40,371 nt of DNA. Source: Mollicutes bacterium. Its GTDB lineage: Bacteria > Bacillota_I > Bacilli_A > RF39 > UBA660. The stretch covers positions 1 through 40,371 of the forward strand of contig JAAYOI010000077.1 in NCBI GenBank assembly GCA_012520435.1, written 5' to 3'. A model generated the notes under the pieces. It saw only the letters and a list, made by a program, of their open reading frames with translations, made no database searches and was not told where the DNA came from. Both the position numbers and the translations under genes were made by a program. Shown here one piece after another: positions 36,072-40,371 of this stretch (the first letter of the stretch is position 1; every line of letters begins with the position of its first letter).

Positions 36072-37169
36072 TCATTTAATAATTAATTTTTTCTCATCAT
36101 CAAATTCTATAATAGCTATTTTTTTACTTAAATCCAATAGTACATCAGGACTTAATCCTATCGCACTAAAATCAGGAATCCTATTTTTTGGTATGATATT
36201 ACTCATAAAATATTTTAAATTTCTTATTCCACTTTCCTTATTTTGCTTTATTTGCCAATATAATCCATATGCCATTACATATGCTTGTATTTGTATTAAT
36301 GATTCTAATATATCATTAGAAATTACTTTAAATATATCACTTGTTTTTAAGCTTAACATTTTCTTTTTTCCAAATTCTTGTTTTATATTATTTTCTAGAT
36401 CAATTTTAGTATCTTGCGCTAAATCTAGAAGTAGCCATAACATTTTTTCTTTTAATTTAGGTATCTCTTTATCACTTATTTCCATTTCTTTTAAAAAATC
36501 AATAAATAAATGATTTACTGCATATGCCGATACTTCTTGAAACCCATAATAATTTTCGCTAGGTATTTTTTCTCTAAAATAAAAGTCAATTCCATGCATT
36601 ACTTCATGATTTAATGTCAGCATATCCAATATTGTATTAGTTTTTTTTACTGCCATATATACTTTTTTAAATGTGTAATCTTCATTTGTTATTCCAATAA
36701 AATTCTTAAAATGCAATGTTTTATTTGAATACTTAACTATGTGAATAATCTGTGGATTATTTAATATTTTACAAGCCAATTTATAAATTTCTTCATCACC
36801 TAGCGAATAATAAAAGGCCTTGGAAATTTTTATTAATCCATTATTTAAACATCTCATTGAAGCATATTTATATTCATGATGTTTCCATTGTGTTCTAGCA
36901 ATATTATTCATTAATTTCAATAAAAATTTCAAATAGCTTCTATCTACAAAAGGTTTTGTTTCATTCATTAATCCTTTTCTAATAACAACCAATTTTTGTT
37001 CATATTGGCTTTCTTTTTCATCATTAGCAATCATATACATATTATAATATGTTAATATACTTAAACCTAATCTTTCTTTTTCTTTATCATCAGTAGTATT
37101 TTCATATCTTTCTATACAGTAATCTAAAAGCTGTTTTAATTCTTCTTTATTAAACTTATATTTTACCAT
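36072..37169 (-). CDS. Hypothetical protein with gluzincin-like HExxH...E motif
   Basis: TLNHEVMHGIDF followed by FQEVSA; RBS AAGGTGA. Confidence 0.65.
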   Translation of the reverse strand: MVKYKFNKEELKQLLDYCIERYENTTDDKEKERLGLSILTYYNMYMIANDEKESQYEQKLVVIRKGLMNETKPFVDRSYLKFLLKLMNNIARTQWKHHEYKYASMRCLNNGLIKISKAFYYSLGDEEIYKLACKILNNPQIIHIVKYSNKTLHFKNFIGITNEDYTFKKVYMAVKKTNTILDMLTLNHEVMHGIDFYFREKIPSENYYGFQEVSAYAVNHLFIDFLKEMEISDKEIPKLKEKMLWLLLDLAQDTKIDLENNIKQEFGKKKMLSLKTSDIFKVISNDILESLIQIQAYVMAYGLYWQIKQNKESGIRNLKYFMSNIIPKNRIPDFSAIGLSPDVLLDLSKKIAIIEFDDEKKLIIK

Positions 37170-37443
37170 TTACTATCACCTTAACCATTTATTATTCGCA
37201 ATTAAAAATAATTTTTCATATAATAACACAATGTTAAAAGAAACACAATATTTTTTATCTTTATTTTAATATTCAAAATAAAGACTTAAACCTTCCACTA
37301 GATAATTTTTATCCACACTGTTAATACTTTTAAAATTAATATCAGTGTTAACTTTATTAATAATAACCTTAAAAAGCTCTTTAGTAAGAATATAATTTAT
37401 CAATTATTGTTCTTCTAATTCACTAGAAATTAAAGTTATATAC

Positions 37444-38175
37444 TTAATCATTAAAAAACATCCTATTAACTAATTTTTTTGCAATACCTTCTTTATCAGT
37501 AGCTATTATTTTATTACCAAATTCATCAATAATAAAAGCTTTATGATTACCTTGACGAATATTAGCTAAATCATTAGCAACCACTAAATTACATTTATTT
37601 TTCTTTAATAATTTAGTTGCTATCTCAATTAGTTCTTCATCAGTACTATTATCTAATAATTTAAAACCTACTAAAAAAATATTTGGACTTATATCTTTAA
37701 TTAAAGAAATTATCTTAGGGGTTGGTCTTAGCATAATAATTAAATTATCTTCATATGATGATATTTTTGTACCACTAATGACATTTTTATTATTTTTAAT
37801 TACTTCAACAAGATCAGGATTATTAGATTCTTTAATTGTTTTTGCTAATAAGGTGGCATTACTTATATAACTAACCATATAATCAGAAACCGCCATACTA
37901 TGAATAAAATAATCTATCTTTTCATTATTTAATAATTTTTCAACTTCATTTTTTAATTCTAAAGTCCCTTCAATTTCAATAATTTTAACTTTTTCATGCG
38001 TTGGCCTAAAAGCACCTTTTGTACAAATATAATATAATGTATCTAATTTTTCATAATATTTATCTAGTATTTCATTAGCAATTGTCATAGCCAATTTACC
38101 GGAACCACTATTAGTAATTTTTCTTACATTATCAATTTTTTCACTAGTACCACCAGCTGTTATAATAATTTTCAT
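37444..38175 (-). CDS. coaB: Phosphopantothenate--cysteine ligase (stand-alone CoaB)
   Basis: ITAGGTSEKIDNVRKITN, HSMAVSDY, LVGFKLL and VVAND motifs. Confidence 0.93.
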   Translation of the reverse strand: MKIIITAGGTSEKIDNVRKITNSGSGKLAMTIANEILDKYYEKLDTLYYICTKGAFRPTHEKVKIIEIEGTLELKNEVEKLLNNEKIDYFIHSMAVSDYMVSYISNATLLAKTIKESNNPDLVEVIKNNKNVISGTKISSYEDNLIIMLRPTPKIISLIKDISPNIFLVGFKLLDNSTDEELIEIATKLLKKNKCNLVVANDLANIRQGNHKAFIIDEFGNKIIATDKEGIAKKLVNRMFFND

Positions 38176-38726
38176 TTTTTACCACCTTCCCATACCTTTT
38201 TTAAAGTTTTAATAATTTTTTCTTTATTAGCAAGTTTTCCAATTGCTTGATATCCACATGCTAAAGCACCAACATCAGGTTCAATAAATTTATAACCATA
38301 TTTTTTTAATTTTTCAATGTTATCTTGCACTATCTTATTTTCATACATAGCATCGTTCATAGCGGGGGCAAAAACAACTTTAGCTTTTGTTGCCATAATT
38401 ACTGTAGATAACATATCATCAGCAATACCATTTGCTACTTTTCCTATAATATTAGCCGTAGCAGGCACCACTAATAATAAATCCGCCTTTTTAGCTAAAC
38501 TGATATGTTCTACATTATAATTTGTTTTATTTTCAAACATATCAACTACTACCTTATTATTTGATAATGTTTCTAATGTTAAGGGTGTAATAAAATTAGT
38601 AGCATTCTTTGTCATAATAACATCAATATTAGCCCCTTCTTTTTTTAAATAATTAATAATTCCACACACTTTATAACAAGCAATCCCACCTGTTACACCA
38701 ATTACAATATTTAAGTTTTTAAACAT
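38172..38726 (-). CDS. coaC: Phosphopantothenoylcysteine decarboxylase (stand-alone CoaC)
   Basis: GVTGGIACYK, EHISLA, PATAN, PAMN and LACG. Start MFKN after GGAG. Confidence 0.93.
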   Translation of the reverse strand: MFKNLNIVIGVTGGIACYKVCGIINYLKKEGANIDVIMTKNATNFITPLTLETLSNNKVVVDMFENKTNYNVEHISLAKKADLLLVVPATANIIGKVANGIADDMLSTVIMATKAKVVFAPAMNDAMYENKIVQDNIEKLKKYGYKFIEPDVGALACGYQAIGKLANKEKIIKTLKKVWEGGKK

Positions 38727-38811
38727 AAATTCACTCCCTTCAATTAAATTGTATAACAAAATTATTGATAAGTATAATATATAAATGTTATAATGTTTAT
38801 AAGGAGGGCTT

Positions 38812-39693
38812 ATGAGCGTTAATTTAGAATTATATCGTATTTTTTATGTTGTAGCGAAGCATAAACATATGACAAAAGCTAGTGAAGAATTACATATTTC
38901 TCAACCGGCTATATCACAAGCTATTAAAAAATTAGAAGATCAATTAGGTGGTATCTTATTTATTAGAAGTAATAAGGGAATGGAACTTACTAAAGAAGGT
39001 AAAATGCTTTTTGAATATATCCAAAGTTCTTTAGAGCTAATAAAAACAGCCGAAAACAAATTTACTCATTTTAAAGACTTATCACAAGGAGAAATTAAAA
39101 TAGGTATTTCAGCTAGTTTAACAAAAATTATCTTATTAGATGCTTTAAAAAAATTTCATGAAGATCACCCTAATATTACTATTAATATTACTAATGAATT
39201 AACTAAAAATTTAATTCTTGATCTACAAAAAGGGAAATTAGATTTTGTCATATTTAATGAAAGTAATATTAAAGAATCAAATGTTGCATTAAAAGAATTA
39301 ACCAAATTAAAACCAATATTTATCTATAATCCTAAATATTATGATTACTCTAACAAAATATTTAAATTAGAAGAATTGAATAATATCCCTTTAATTCTTC
39401 AAAATAAAGATTCTAATAGTAGACAATATTTAGATAATTTTATGGTTAAAAATAATGTCTTATTAAAACCTTATTTAGAAGTTGTAAGTCAAGATTTAAT
39501 ATTAGAATTTGTTAACATTGGATTAGGTGTTGGATATACAATTAAGGAATTAGTAATAAAAAATTATCCTAATCTTAAAGAATTAAAACTTGAAAAAAGT
39601 ATTCCTGATATAACTGTTTATATTGCTACTAATAAATCAATAGTTTTACCGTTTGCAAGTAATGAATTTTTAAAATATTTAAAAAGGCGATAA
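38812..39693 (+). CDS. LysR-family transcriptional regulator
   Basis: TKASEELHISQPAISQAIKKLE...LFIR....LT.EG helix-turn-helix. Confidence 0.96.
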   Translation: MSVNLELYRIFYVVAKHKHMTKASEELHISQPAISQAIKKLEDQLGGILFIRSNKGMELTKEGKMLFEYIQSSLELIKTAENKFTHFKDLSQGEIKIGISASLTKIILLDALKKFHEDHPNITINITNELTKNLILDLQKGKLDFVIFNESNIKESNVALKELTKLKPIFIYNPKYYDYSNKIFKLEELNNIPLILQNKDSNSRQYLDNFMVKNNVLLKPYLEVVSQDLILEFVNIGLGVGYTIKELVIKNYPNLKELKLEKSIPDITVYIATNKSIVLPFASNEFLKYLKRR

Positions 39694-39793
39694 TTTCTAT
39701 CACCTTTATTTTATTTGCGATATCATTTACTAATTTAATTTCTTGATTAGTATTTCCTCTTATTTAACTAATTTACACTATTTTTTACAATTA

Positions 39794-39820
39794 AAAACTC
39801 AATTATCCAATTGAGTTTTT
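39794..39820. terminator. Terminator downstream of tmRNA
   Basis: AAAACTCAATT-atcc-AATTGAGTTTT hairpin. Confidence 0.8.
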
Positions 39821-39854
39821 ATTAAACGTCGAATTTGCGACAATAATTTTCATT

Positions 39855-40202
39855 TGGTGGAGCTGAGGGGAATCGAACCCCTGTCCGAAAATATAGCCTT
39901 TTAAGCTTCTACAAGCTTAGTTAGTTTAAAAATGTCCTAAAAAATATAAAAACTAACAAATCATTTTTTAGTAAGCTTATAAAATTCGTTATTACCCCTA
40001 AGCAAAGGTAATAATATATCCCACTAAATCGAGCCTCCTAAATCTTCCGTGGGAGAGAAGATAAAGGAAGCCTTTCACGTATTATTTAAATTATGCGAAA
40101 GCTAATTGAGTTCTGTTTCCGTTTATTTTTTGGTTTGTACGTGACGTGTACAACCCGGCTTGCCACTTAAACGCCATATTCCCGTCGAAACCAAGCAACC
40201 CC
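39855..40202 (-). ncRNA. ssrA: tmRNA; tag reading frame 40120-40091 encodes (A)GNRTQLAFA
   Basis: 5' GGGGTTG..TTCGAC; 3' T-arm GGTTCGATTCC and CAGCTCCACCA with a G3:U pair. Promoter TTTACA-17-TATAAT (40240-40212); smpB upstream. Confidence 0.97.
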
Positions 40203-40289
40203 GTAGGGAAAATTATATCACAAGATTAATGATATGTAAATATCTTATTTTTGGATTATTACTTGTTTTTTATATTCCATATCTACACC

Positions 40290-40371
40290 CTATTTCATAT
40301 ATTGTTTCATTTCTTTTCTAATTTCTCTTTCCATATCTTTTTTCTTGATAGCTTCCCTTTTATCATAACTT
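40290..40371 (-). CDS. smpB: SsrA-binding protein, C-terminal end (partial)
   Basis: YDKREAIKKKDMEREIRKEMKQYMK* is the SmpB tail; adjacent to ssrA. Confidence 0.9.
   Translation of the reverse strand, partial: SYDKREAIKKKDMEREIRKEMKQYMK

Noticed and set aside
37309-37317. Perfect DnaA box TTATCCACA
   Set aside because: Single copy with no cluster or dnaA/dnaN nearby; one hit is plausible by chance in 40 kb of AT-rich DNA.
37200-37451. ATG overlapping the coaB stop (MIKYITLISSELEEQ*) followed by coding-looking fragments
   Set aside because: May be a decayed third gene, but I could not recognise any motif.
1509-38520. Short antisense or off-frame ORFs in the track (e.g. 1509-1745, 7381-7689, 12865-13287, 15253-15624, 23814-24077, 36193-36513, 38317-38520)
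   Set aside because: Shadows of well-supported genes, with no RBS or motifs.
39826-39843. CGTCGAA / TGCGACA near-Spo0A boxes downstream of ssrA
   Set aside because: Both are mismatched, lie between convergent 3' ends, and have no gene start to regulate.
1-40371. CRISPR arrays, tRNA/rRNA genes, parS sites, IS or prophage genes, and introns or inteins in nrdD or recA
   Set aside because: None seen by eye. nrdD and recA are normal length, and the tRNA-like end at 39855 belongs to tmRNA.

Overview
Very AT-rich chromosomal segment of a streamlined, endospore-forming member of the Bacilli. Placement near RF39-like uncultured lineages is an inference. It uses the standard code (prfB present, UGA is a stop) and most genes lie on the minus strand. 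Housekeeping genes: prfB with its +1 frameshift, nrdDG, an M29 aminopeptidase, rny, recA, pgsA, a short rodZ, RNase P RNA, gpsB, recU-ponA, nth, dnaD, cca, hup, der, engB, split coaC/coaB, tmRNA and the end of smpB. Sporulation and germination genes: yunB, a ylxY-like gene, spoIVA, spoVIF, a gerK-type A-C-D-B operon and a coat-like peptide, several with readable sigmaE/sigmaK promoters. An accessory block at about 33.2-37.4 kb holds an HNH + orphan ParB gene pair joined back-to-back to a truncated CAP-domain gene, plus an HExxH orphan. Non-obvious signals: a LexA box over the nrdD promoter nearly identical to the recA one; a perfect 22-bp palindrome forming mirror-image sigmaK promoters; an unannotated 37-aa ORF with a Spo0A box and its own terminator; an A_AAA_AAG frame break in a small gene; and a tmRNA tag ending in AFA. 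No CRISPR array, tRNA, rRNA, integrase or transposase was seen. All calls come from reading the sequence, with no database searches.
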